Assembly: GCA_002633005.1 (NCBI GenBank)
Contig: NMRA01000105.1
Span: 846,010-910,009, forward strand
Direction of reading: 5' to 3'
Source: Phoronis australis
Taxonomy: Eukaryota; Animalia; Phoronida
Length of the DNA: 64,000 nucleotides
In this document: positions 50,154 to 62,573 of the stretch, one piece after another
Layout: every line of letters begins with the position of its first letter
How positions within the stretch are numbered: the stretch's first letter is position 1
Notes under the pieces: generated by a model
What the model was told of the DNA's origin: nothing
Seen by the model: the letters and a program-made list of their open reading frames with translations, nothing else
The model's database searches: none
Made by a program: the position numbers and the translations under genes

Positions 50154-51230
50154 TGTGGTTCCGTGACATATAATAACCAAGATCAAAGAAATGTTTTTAG
50201 AATTTAATAGTGGGGGTTTAGATATGGGGAGTCCCCGTTGGCAGTTAACTGGTAATTCACTTGACTGATCTGCCATAGTCAACGTGGCAGATTCCTAAAG
50301 GTGTGCAAGTGACCAGACAAAGTCCACATGATAAGGAAACTACGAATATAGAGTTCAGTACTAGATTTAATTATTTTCATTAGAATTATTAGGCCATAGT
50401 CCCTGCTCTCCTATCTTTCACCTCCGTGGCCACTTTCTGGGGGCAACGGGAACTTTGCATTAAACCCATCTACAGATGTTCAAAAATCAATTTAAAAAAT
50501 GTTCCCAAGAATACACTTGCACGTTTAGTTAGAATTTCAATTTAAAAGTTGGAAAAATATAACCTCAACTAATGTGTTAGCCACCAGGTGTCAGTGCAAA
50601 ATGATCCGAACAACCAATCAAATGCCATAAAAATATTGTGTCCATACCTTCCCCTACAAAAGTCGTCTGCTTGGCATGAAAACATTGGACAGTCAGCTGA
50701 TGTCATCAGCTGATGTCATCAGCTGACTGATGTTGTCCTGCTGGCTTAGGTAGCTTGTTTACTGCTACTGACTACATTGGATAGTATGAATTCTTGGATG
50801 GGTGTGCAAGTAATAAGCAATTACCAAGGATCAAGGCTCAAAAACCAGCAGGCAGCAGTTAGGAATTGAGGAAAGCCAAATCAAGTGGCCACGAATGTCA
50901 TCGTACTGAACCAATTCTTGGCACATTCCTGAATCATTTTGTGTTTCGCAAAGAACAGTTTTGGGACAGCTAGGACTCTGCTGAAACCATGAATTATTGA
51001 ACGAGTGTGCGACTTCACAATAGACTGGCAAGATGTCTGCCCCGGACTTGCAGCATTCATGTGTCAGGTTCTGCTCAAATTTCTGAGCTGGAATTTTCAG
51101 ATATTATCTGGTCTAAGGCTACTGCAAACAAACGTATCAACATAGAGTGCAAGCTAGAGAAGTATCATTGCACATACGTTTTTGTGAAAAAGCAGAGCTC
51201 TTGTCATATGCACGCCCAGAGGTGGGGGGG

Positions 51231-51500
51231 NATCCGTTCAGGACTTTTGAAGATACAAAGGTAAGCGTAAAAAACTAAAATTGCCACTAGGGGGCACACC
51301 GGTAGTCGGATCCGTCCGAAAGTTCGCACATGCCGTCCCACTCATGAATGGAACATATGTGCCAAATTTCATGAACGTATGTCAAAGGGTCTTGGAGATA
51401 GAGCAGCGGACGCCGGACGGACGCCGCCCGGACGGACGGACGGACGGACAGAGATGACGGCATAATGCGTCCACATATAAATATGTGGGCGCATAAAAAA
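51231..51500 (-). mobile_element. Second, truncated DINE-1/HINE-like copy
   Basis: Close match to ~49073-49346 including gccactagggggcacaccggtagtc, (ggac)n and the terminal hairpin. Starts at a single N (51230). Confidence 0.8.
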
Positions 51501-53689
51501 TTGAAAGAGCTCTTAAAAAGAAAAAGAGACCAAGCTGATGATGGGAATAATGTTGAGCCCACGAGAAAATTAAGGAGATTGTAACTGTCAGTTACATGTA
51601 CATTTAACAGTGATCAAAGAAATAAACCGTATATGTCTTGCCACCACAATGAACCATTTGCCACAAATCAAATTTCATCACAGGAGAACTTCACAAACAA
51701 AAGAAAAGTTGAAAACCTATCCCAGTTCCAAACATTCAATTGTAAATAGCCCTACCTATTCTTAATTTAAAAAAGTGTCATTTATGGTAAATAATCTTTA
51801 GTTTAGGTAACATAAAAAAATATTTTGCTTGAAAAAATTGTAGTAATAGCCGTCCCAATCTCAACAGTACTGGCAGTTATTTTTACCTACATGTGAGTGA
51901 TCAGCACTGCTTTTTATGAATTTCTAAGACTATTTTGAGACCCTTTTATGTAAAATCATGAACAGTGCTTGGAATTTAAGAAATATAAAAATGGAAATAT
52001 TGCCTGTGTTCTGTAATTCATTTATCTTGAAAATTCAAATGTTGCGCAGATTTCAGTATCTCACGTTTTGAAGATAGTTGAATTGGAGTTTTAGCGAAGG
52101 ATCCCGACAACACGAGAACTTAAAAATCTTAGGGAAGCTACTTGGAAAACTTTAGGATTTCAGGTAATTTGCTTGAGTCGAAACTGTATTTTTATTCAAG
52201 CATTCAAGTCGCCATATCAATGATTGCGAGGCAGGTAGTCGGCGGAGTTTTCGTCCTGGGGTTTCAGCACAATTTTCTGCAAAATGTGCCTATAGTGGTG
52301 CAGTGCGAAATAGGAAAACATTAAATGTTAAATTACACTATGACAATGCAAAGAAGCACAAACACAAACACAATACATGCATGAGATAAGATTTCTCTGA
52401 AGGGTATCCAGCATAAATTTAGAACTGTGTGTATTTTGCGTTTTACTAGAAGAATGAATTAAATTCAACTTTTAAAAGTTATTTACTTTAGACTACTTTT
52501 GACTTATGGCAAGAACTTCTTCTAATGCCAGAACTTGTTTGGAAAATAGATGGCAACAAGAAATGCAGTGACACTTACTTTTATTATTGGACAACAATTT
52601 GTTTTGGGCAGTTTGTAACTCTTCGTTACGGGAGGTAGATACACTTTTTGTTTTTTGATGTTCCTCTTTAAAATGTGTAAACTTTAACAAATGCCGTCTT
52701 AAATATGACCCACAACTTGAGAAAAAACAAATAAAATGATTTTGAGTTACTAGTTTTAATTAATTTAAAAAATATATTTACATTCTTCCAAAAAGCTCAT
52801 TTTTTCATTATGGCTTTTCCAAAAAAATGGTGTCACAGATTTCAAAATCTTCCATATAGTCTTATTTATGTCACCAATACACAGTTATGACCATGAAGCC
52901 ATCACCAAAAACTGTTTTAAGTATTGTGTTTTTGAGATTGGCAAATACACAATATTCAGTCAGTTATTTATAATCAATATATTAATCCCTGGCAAGCATC
53001 TGAAGTTCATTTGTATTTGATTTCGTAAAACTTGATCAAAAGGTAGCTGAGAAATAAACTCCACGGATAATGTGGCATTATGGGTAAAGACTTGAGGCCT
53101 GCAGTAAAATTCAGGATGGCCCTATTGAACTTTACTGTTAAATCAAAACTATTTACAAAATTGTCTTTAGTTTTATCAACTTTTATTGCATTTATACAAC
53201 CAACACTCTACTAGAGATTACATGCACTTGAACTTAACAAACACTTTAAATAATGTTAGCTGACTGTTGAAATGTTTATTCAGACAAGGCAACACCCTCC
53301 TTAACAAATGACTTGAAGGAAAATAACTGTAGTGTTATGTCTAAGTGATCACCATCACCAAATGCATTCACAAAGAGCAAAATGGTGTCTTTTAGACACT
53401 TAAGAAAAACGTAAGTCACACTCACAGGGCAATCATAAAATCATAAATCATTTAACTCCACATTGTTAACCTTTGTTTCGATTTGGATCAGCGACTGGGG
53501 CATAAAGCCAAACAAGTTTCAAGTTTCAATTATGATTTCGCAATATAAATCCATTACCTGACACACCTGTGTTTAATACAGGCACACAAATCACCAACCT
53601 GACTGATCTGTAATGTCAACAAGACTTCTGAACTCCCTCAATTTTGTACCACATAGACATGATTGTGCTAAGTAAAAATGAAGGTCTCA

Positions 53690-54610
53690 AGAAGAGCACT
53701 TAATATGTTAATAATCTTGAAGAAACATAACTCAGTATATATAAATAAGCCCCCCCCACCCCGACCTCTCGCTTAAATCGAAGTTGTGACCTAAATTCAA
53801 GCAGTAGTTTACAAATCAGTAGTAGCCATGCTCTCCTCTACAATACAAGTGTCAAATTTCATGAAAATACCATCAAACAACAAATTGTAGCAATTACCAC
53901 GAATGCAAAGACAATTAAAATGGCCACCAGGGGGTGCTATAGTTACTTTCATGATAATTCGTCAGGCAACTTGCAGATAAGGATGCAGACGGCAAAAAAG
54001 CGACACCAAAATAACACAATAAGAGCAATGCAATTTTGATAAGCACCCATAGTGCAATGCAAACGGTATTTTTCTAGAGGTGCTGATCAGCTTTTTGTAA
54101 AGGACAGTATGGAGACAAGAATTTAACCACAAGGGGGAGCTGTAATAGTCAGAACTGACAAAAAGTACACATCTCACCTTTTAAAATAACATCAAATAAA
54201 ATAGTTTAAAACTTGACGAACAATTTTGAACACTTGCAAAAAAGAAATAAAATGGATGGAGAAGTAGATGTAAAAAACAGATTCACAAATAATGAAAATG
54301 GCTACCAGAAGTTGAAAGATACATTTACCCTACCCAAAATTGGAAAGTACGGTTGTCATCATCTCAAAAGGAATTAATGGTAGGTAACAAAAGCAAACAT
54401 AAAAACTAAAACTGTCACTAGGGGACACAGCTACAGACGAATCAGTCCAAAACTTTGTTATCAATTGTTTAAGGAAAACATCTGCCAAATTTCACGAAAA
54501 TCCTGCCACAGGTTTAGAAGAGACAGCAGCAGATGCCCAACGCCAACAGACCCACTCAACAAGGATGAAGGCAATCTGTGCACACACTTGTTCATGGGAG
54601 CGCTTAAAAA
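53690..54610. mobile_element. Old DINE-1/HINE-like copy
   Basis: caaatttcatgaaaat, ggccaccagggggtgc (~53922), gtcactaggggacacag (~54414) and a degenerate terminal gggagcgcttaaaaa; boundaries approximate. Confidence 0.5.
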
Positions 54611-55375
54611 TGTGACTGCTCAACTTCAGTCTGGCACAAAAACACAAAAGACAGTGTAACCCTGTGCACTGACAAATGCTGTGATTGAGCAATAATTCAT
54701 GAGGTCCCAGGTCAACCATGACATCAATACGTGACCAACAAAACACAGGTAAACCTGAAAAACATCCTCACTGTCAGCACTACCAACATGAAGGCCTTGG
54801 TAATACTTACAGGTACGTAATGCTTAATAAATCTTTGATAATGATAAGTTTCTCTTTCCAAAAAACATGGAATTTTTACAAATTAGCTACAAGAAAAATT
54901 TCCATGGTATTTGAACAAACAACAAGTCAAAGTTCAGACTTAAATGTTTATAATGGCTGACCACCGAAATTTAAGTTCATACAGCAAACGGAAAAGGTCA
55001 GTTAAACATTTGAAGTAAGGGACCATTTGACTTCCGGTTCAAATAACAGTTCAAATAACACTAAATTCTTTAGAGGGGCATTTTCTGCACGAAAAGTAAT
55101 TTTCTGAAATAAGCTTCAGCCCATAATCAAGAAAAGTAATTTTCCCTTCAGCCCATAATCGACCCTGCAACCCCTCCAGCTACAGTCTAGCTGCTCAGGT
55201 GACACAGTTCAGCCTCACTCATGTTTAAGTGCATTCAGCTCATAAAGTCACTAGCCTTGTTTTCAGCAAATATCTGACAGAGAACAGTGAGGTATTAGCA
55301 AACTGTTAATAAAAGCAATTTCCTCCATTTGAGAAAGCTCTCTCTACCAGTGCGAAGAAGTAATCGGCAAGAAAA

Positions 55376-56462
55376 GGGCTATCTATATTAGGTCCTCTCT
55401 TATTTTTAATTTTTATAAATGATCTACCACATGACTGTACATGAATGTTCAAACTGATATGTATGTGGATGATTCTACTCTTCATTATACCAGTAACTGT
55501 ATTGGGGATATTGAGCATACACTGCAGAATGACTTATACAGTGTTGAAGAGTGGTGTAATGACAATTAAATGATAATTAATATAAAGAAAACCAAATATA
55601 TATATGTCTTGCTTCAAAGCAAAAAAGGCTAGAAACTAAATACAACTTAATCTTTTTATGTCTGGTGAGAGACTTGTGGAAGTGACTAACAAGAAATTAT
55701 TAGGAGTTAAAATTGATAATAGTTTATCTTGGGAATCCCACGTCTCTTATGTAGTGGGTAAAATTAGACAAAGATTGGGATTATTGAAGCGAATTAAGCA
55801 ATTTTTGCCAATCGAGGGTAGAATTAAATTTTCAATGCATGTATTATGCTACATTTAACTTACTGCAGTTCGGTACGGTCCGGTTGTTGCACTACTATTA
55901 TGAATAAACTTCAGATCTGTGACTTTGTTTGCAAATATTAGGTGGATGCCAATTAATATATTTTATGTTTTCCGCAGCCTGTGCATGATTTTTAAATGTC
56001 TCCATGACGATGTTTCCCAGTATTTAGCTAATGAACTATCTCTATTACGTAATAAACATTAATTTTGAGACATACCCAATACTCAAATGCTGGCAATTTA
56101 GTTGAACCAAACTACAAAACATCCAAGTACAGGAGTACTTTCTTTGTAGATGGAGTGATTGCCTGGAATGGTTCACCATTAGATAATAAATCAATTACTG
56201 TTAAACGTGCATTTAGAAGTAGCTTTATCTAATTAACTGTATATCTGCAAGCATCTCAAAAATTGTATATATAAATTAGCTTAATACTTATTTTATTTTT
56301 CATTCATCTGTACATATCATTGTTCATCTTATTTGTTTATTTATTTTATTAATATCCATTTATTGTAATTTCGAGAACCATGTGGTAGATAAGTTTTACA
56401 CTTAACATGTTTTTTATCCTCTATAAATAAAGATATTTATTATTTATTATTATTATTATTAT
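55376..56462 (+). mobile_element. 5'-truncated, decayed non-LTR retrotransposon (CR1/L2-like LINE) RT 3' end with (ATT)n tail
   Basis: SILGPLLFLIFINDLP, MYVDDST (YxDD), LQNDL..VEEWC, KLLGVKIDNSLSWESHV..KIRQRLGLLKRIK, with stops and frameshifts. AATAAA at 56426 followed by (att)n. Confidence 0.92.
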
Positions 56463-59400
56463 CAGGAAGAGATAACCAGGAAGGGACAACTAGCTAAACC
56501 GCCGTTTTTGGCCTCCTTCCCCGGATTAATTTCAGGACTTACGTTTCGTTTAAAAGGAAACAGATGATTTTATCAAAGAGATTAAAGCTTTTTCTATAGA
56601 AGGATATCAAAAAACTCACTTTGCAACCTTAAACAGTGGTGTAATTGTACTTTGAAAATATCGACTTCAGCGCACTCAATCGCAACTTCCCACACACAGT
56701 CACGGGTATTTAAGCTTTTCTGTCGATGTATAGATGGCGCAGTAGTCAAGTACTCCCTCATTTGCATATCAAATTTGCATGTGGGAGTTCTGAGACTCTC
56801 GTCAGTTGTTGGTCGAGCCCTTGAGTGAATAAAGCGGTGACCTCCCGCTGAGAGCACGCGCTGATGAAGATACCACAGCGAACTCGATCGCTTCGCAATC
56901 AGGAGGTGAAAACACTCTCACGACCGCAGTTCTGAATTCCAGCTAAGCAATCCCTATTTCGAGGAGCGGACTTTGAATTGTTTTCGTCCCCTGACAGTGG
57001 ATTGCAGAGAAGATTAGAATGAGGTCAACATCAAACTTTCTGCGGCTACCTATCGTGTTGACAAAAGTTTGAAGTGTCGGAACCATAGACGGAGCGCGCG
57101 GGTTGTCTATGATTCCTGTTCTTCTTCAGTTGACGAAAACATTGCTATCGGCATAAAAAATGACCGTGGGAAATTCATTTTGAGGTAGATACCTGTATTC
57201 AATAATAAATATTAATACTCTGTAATATCTCACTCTCCGCGTTTCGTTTCTTTGACGTTGTTTTAGGTTGCGGTATCGTGAAACAACGCCGTCGGGTGAG
57301 AGAAGTTGCACCGAATAATTGGAATTGGCTGCAGTTCTTCATTTAGAATGCCCGGACTCAACTGTGCCGTTTTCTTGGCAAGTCTCTTGCCTGCCGAATT
57401 TTTTTTGAACATTGAAGACATAGGCCTTTTCCTGCGCCAAACAACCTTTTGTCTGCTACAGAAATGTTATGCCTAATTTTCTACCATTTTAGCACACTTT
57501 GTGGCTCTGCTACAATTAGCACTGCCATAATATCATATTTCTTAATTCCGCCACAGTATGCATACTTGGAAGTTAGTTTCGCTAGGTGTTTTTCCAAATT
57601 AAGCCACAACAGTTGTTCGTCATTAAATGCTTCAAATTCTTCGACGCCATGGACATTTCCGTCAACACAAAACGCACCCTTGCCATTCTTAAAAATTCGT
57701 GTATATAATGCTATAATTGCTTAGAAGGACCGGCAGTAACCGTGGCTGGAATGTCGGCAGCTTCGTGACTAAGTCTACAACTAACTCCTGTTGAAATTCT
57801 CCATACTTCAAAATTCTTGTTTGCAGGTGCTGGTGATTGCCATTCAATGGTTTTCATAATAAGAGACTAGAAATCCGAGTTGTCACACACGCCCACTGGC
57901 TTGGTGCTGCCTTACATTTTCACTGGCCTTGCTACAGTCGACTTGCGCATGATAGACGAATTAGTGTCCACATTTGTGGTCACTTTCCGGGTACAGGCCC
58001 ATGAGACAAGTTGCAGCAACATATTCAGTACGAATCCATAAACCTTTTTACACGCACAATTAAATGCGCAAAAATGCTCCTGTATTTCTTAAACCTTTAA
58101 TTTAATGCTCAAGCTATACAAATAGTGCGTGTTGAAACACAACATTGACCTTGGACCAAAGATGGACTCCTTGCATCAGAACCTTAGTAAGCGGGGGGAG
58201 GGCGAGTCCAACCCCCCAAAAAATTGCATGCCACAGGGTCAAACCATGGCAACCGACAAAGGTGTGGGACTGGGGAAGGACAAAAAAGAAAGACTTCGAA
58301 TACTGATCAGAGAGAAAATTCAAGAGAACATTGACAACTCGGTATCAGTGTATGGTTTACCATTTGAGGGCCCTAGTGTCCAGGACAATTGTTGTTAGGG
58401 TCTCCGTTTTTGCAGCATAGGTCGCCTAAGCGTCCTTGAAAATGTGCACTTAATCATTCATACATGTATTTCGAAAATTCGAGAAAATTTGTAAAGCAAC
58501 AGTTTTGCGGAGCATATTAATTCAGTCCAAGTTTTTCAGTGGTCCATAGGTGGTGCACTATGGGGGGGGATGGGGCTGAGAGGGCTTTAGCACCCACTTT
58601 TCTCAGTACTGCGCCCTCTATACAACTCTGGCATGACTGCCAACTACTCACGAGGGCGACTGAGTTGAGATTCCAAATTCATCAAAAACACAAAACATTC
58701 GTGTACAACACAGAAGTTGTCTTGTAAGAAATGGCGATGCGCCACTGAACTTAGTTGAAGCCTGAAGGCTGTCTTGCAAAAATTCTATCCATCATCAGAC
58801 CACCATATCGCAAAGAAGGACACTAAACGATAACAGTGATATTCATGAATGTCGGGCAGCTCTAAATGCTTTATTGAATTAAAAACTAGACTAATGAAAT
58901 TCAAAAATTTACAAACCGTAGATCGAAAAAGTTCAAGTCATTGCTCATTTGGAAAGAAAGTTGTCTTTGCACTTCCTTGATGCTTGTAGTTCCCAGTAGT
59001 ATTGTGCAATGAATTTAGGTTCTTCTAAACCGAATCGTTTGCTTGCCATTCCCGTGCATACTGACTGCAAAAGCTGGACAAGTCGTGACTCAGTGACGCA
59101 CCCTCATTAAAAATAAGGTGTAGTCATGCCGCCAGTAGGCTGCCCGCGTAGAATCCGCGCACAGTGATTGACGGGAAAACTTGAACTTGAAACTTGAACT
59201 GCACTGAGGGGTTGAAGTGTGCGCAGGGACACCGCGTTCATTTTCCCCAGCCGCCCGGCAGAAGTTGCACCAGTGGCCGTGTTTCAACAAGGAATTTTGA
59301 TACAGCTCTATTGGCCAAGGATTTCGGGATCATATCTTTCAAAAAATCTTCAGGAAATGACCGTATTAAAATGAACTTTTCCCGAAACTGGGTCAAACAA

Positions 59401-60181
59401 AACGAACTTCATTGGAGCCAGAACAAGGGTAGGCCTATTGGTTCGATTTAAGCCGCACGTCTCAAATGAATCATAGCGGAGCTGACCAGCGACTAGCATT
59501 AGTTCGTCGAATTGCGCATGAATCATAGCAGAGCTCACCAGCGACTAGCATTAGTTCGTCGAATTGCGTATGCATAGATTAGACTTCCTTGCGACGCCAT
59601 GACACCGGCCACCGTGGCGAGAGCAGCTGATTTCTTGACTAACACCTGCTGGATTTAAGCAAAATGACGAAGTCCACGCATACACACATGCAAGCGTATC
59701 CAAATACAATTAAATGTATTTCCATGTGAAACCATTCAATGTTCTTTGAACATTGAGTTGTGTGAGTTCTTAATTTTCTTAGATCTGCCCAATCAGGTAG
59801 AACTGTGTTTCAAGTCATTGAGGGTTCAAATTGGAAGCTCGCGTCGTATGACATCGTATGACGTCATATGACGTAGGAGATGCGAGCATCATTTGCATAT
59901 ATTAGTGACATCTGTTGGTTCAAAAAAGAGGATCATGCCCGAGTACATGCCTGGGAAGAGGCATCTTTTGGAAGGGTAAAACAAGTCATGTTCAAAGCAT
60001 CCTAGTGCCATTAATATGCAGTCTTTGGGGACCAAAGTGGTGTTATTTTATAGCTAAAGAGTTAAGCTTTCAAACACAATGCTTGGGTTCCAGCCGACTT
60101 TAACATTTACTTTTGAAATAACCTTTGAAAACACGTTAAAATGCGCTAAAACAGTTGTCCCTTCCTGGTTATCTCTTCCTG
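56463..60181. mobile_element. 3.72-kb DNA transposon with perfect 28-bp TIRs inserted into the LINE tail
   Basis: ttattat|caggaagagataaccaggaagggacaac ... gttgtcccttcctggttatctcttcctg|ttattat. Confidence 0.9.
59466..59572. repeat. 52-bp direct tandem duplication
   Basis: atgaatcatagc(g/a)gagct(g/c)accagcgactagcattagttcgtcgaattgcg x2. Confidence 0.85.
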
Positions 60182-60730
60182 TTATTATTCATTATCTGAG
60201 ATCAGCCTTAACACGGAATCGAAATCACAAGCTAATGAGCAGCAAACATAGCCCAATGCACTGCTGTCAGAGCTTACCTCACATTGTATTTTTCTGGTTA
60301 AGCGAATAAATGTGTGGCAGGTAATGAAAAGAATTTATCTATAATTTCCAATAAAATCACAAAAATACAACAGATTTTATTGTTTTTTAAATCTGGTCAA
60401 AGTCTATACCATCCAATAATATTACCAAAAATGTGTTTTCAGACATAAAACTGACAATGTTCCATTGAGATGCTCACAAAATTTTGACGTCGCCATCTAA
60501 ACAGCAGGTTCCATTGTTCAATTCACCATAATCAGAAAATGGAGACTGAAATAGATGTCTTTAATTAATGCACTTTGATATAACAACTTTGGCAGAAGCA
60601 CGGTACCACCATCCTTACAAACACAGAATGTCAGCTCCACTGCATTTTTTAACAAAGGATTATGTNTCTTTGTTTCGAAAATGTACACCGTACGACATTC
60701 TACATGAAACACTCTCAAACAGCGACTCAA

Positions 60731-60886
60731 CAGGGGCAGAACGAGAATTTAAAAAGGGGGGGGGGTCGGGTCAATGTTTTCAAAAAGGGTGGTTCAAGTC
60801 AACAATTTGAAAAATTCTACATTTGATATCACTAAAATCAAGGAAAATGGGCTCCGGATCCCTTTGATCCCCTGGATCCGTCAGTG
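60731..60886. mobile_element. MITE, CAGGGGC family, 5-bp TSD CTCAA
   Basis: ctcaa|caggggcaga ... cctggatccgtcagtg|ctcaa. Internal similarity to the 12141 copy (caagtcaacaat, aaaattcta, gatatcactaaaat). Confidence 0.8.
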
Positions 60887-62410
60887 CTCAACTGAGTTGC
60901 TTAAATCTTTTGCGTATTTTTTTCGTTCTTTACTCGCAGTTGTTATATTTTTCTATCATTTTATCTTGGTGAGCTCCTCTTTTAACTCATGACGTTTTCT
61001 AACAAAATAACTAAAACCTGAGCCCTTAATTCTGTCAAAATATTTAGGGACTTAGACCTTAAATTAGGGGCGTTGCATGAAATGACCCCTGCTTATTTCC
61101 AATAATATTGAGAAGTCAACGTAGAAAAGTCACAAATACGCAGCAGATTTAGAGAAAATAGTGGAGTCGATGGGGACTGTTTCGTGCAACTGGGTACTGG
61201 GCCCCCTCCATCCGTGCCTGGTGGGATCTGAAATGGGTAGCGAATTGGGGTGGGCTGTGGTGAATGAAACTGGGGGCAACAGGGTACTCACAGTCAGCAG
61301 ACAGCTTAAATCAAAAGGAAAGCAATAGCTACAAGTAATTACTTTTATTTAAGAGTCGGTGAGGTTAATTAACACTGAAACATTAGCACAAGTGCTGTTA
61401 CCCGACAATTTAAAAAAAATATAAACTTAAACTACAAAAAAACTTAGGCTACGAGCTAATTTATACAGTACAGATAAAATACAGATAAACTACAGAAATT
61501 TTATATAAATACACGTAGAGTCTAAATAAAGGCGAGTTGCACTACCTGGGACAAAGGTGGTGCCGAAATGGGCGCAACTAAGATGTGTAGTGGAGCGGGG
61601 AAGACGGAACTCCTGTGCTTTAAGCACTATTCTCCGAAATGTTTTTAAGAAATATTTTTGAAACGTTCCAGGTTGGCATGAGCGACTATCAACAATCAGA
61701 CTTATACGATTCTTATGAGAAAGTTGCATAAATTGAAACGATAATTTAGAAAACTGTAACAGGTTTTTTGAGATTTTATCCTAAACTTTACATTTTACGA
61801 AATTTGGTCATATCCTATTGTTTTGCTATGAATGTGTACCTTTATATTTTTTGAATTTTCCAAAAAAGCAGTCAGGTGACTTAATAAGTGTCAGATTAGT
61901 ACAAAGTAAAAACTCGAAGCCTAAGGCTTTTGACGAAATTTATGAAAGGTTTTGCCCCTGTCATCAACCTGAGACGAGTGTAGGATTCTCTTTGCTTTAC
62001 CGTAAAACCCCACAATTGACCTATCGCAAGCTCCGCCCCCTTGCGAAAAGTCACGTGACACCCGACAAACAAGCAAGCTGTCAAAGGCAAATACACTGTC
62101 CTAAACGACGTTCCTGGTGACCTACTTTAGCAGACGATATATTTCCGCTCGAATCTTAGCGTGATAAAATGTGTAGTAAGCTATAACAGTTGCTAAACCT
62201 TAATTTATAGATTCACTTTATTTCTATTTTGTTTTATTTTTCAATTGGTTTTGAGTAAAAGCATTATTTTACCAAAATATCTCGGCTTTTCTTAAAAGGT
62301 CACGACCTCCGACCCCGGGCCTCTGACATAGAAAGTAGTTACATAGCCGAGGCGAGTCGAGAAAGGTAGATAGATTCATTGCAATGTTTCTCGTTCAGTA
62401 TGTGGTATAA

Positions 62411-62573
62411 ATAGATTATTACATGTTCTCAGTCGTTATCCTCCTTATCTAGAGCCCTCGTGGATTTTGTAGAATCATCACCCTCGGGGCTGACGCCCCT
62501 CGGGCGATAATTCTCCAAAATCCACTCGGGCTCAAGATAAGGGGGATAACGACTTCGCCATGTAATAATCTAT
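62411..62573. mobile_element. Palindromic (foldback) MITE, ~160 bp
   Basis: atagattattacatg..agtcgttatcc..ccttatct.gagccc..gtggattttg mirrored by caaaatccac..gggctc.agataagg..ggataacgact..catgtaataatctat. Confidence 0.85.

Noticed and set aside
50692-50732. (cagctgatgtcat)n palindromic E-box repeat downstream of gene C
   Set aside because: Only ~2.5 copies of a 13-mer; consistent with slippage, no evidence of function
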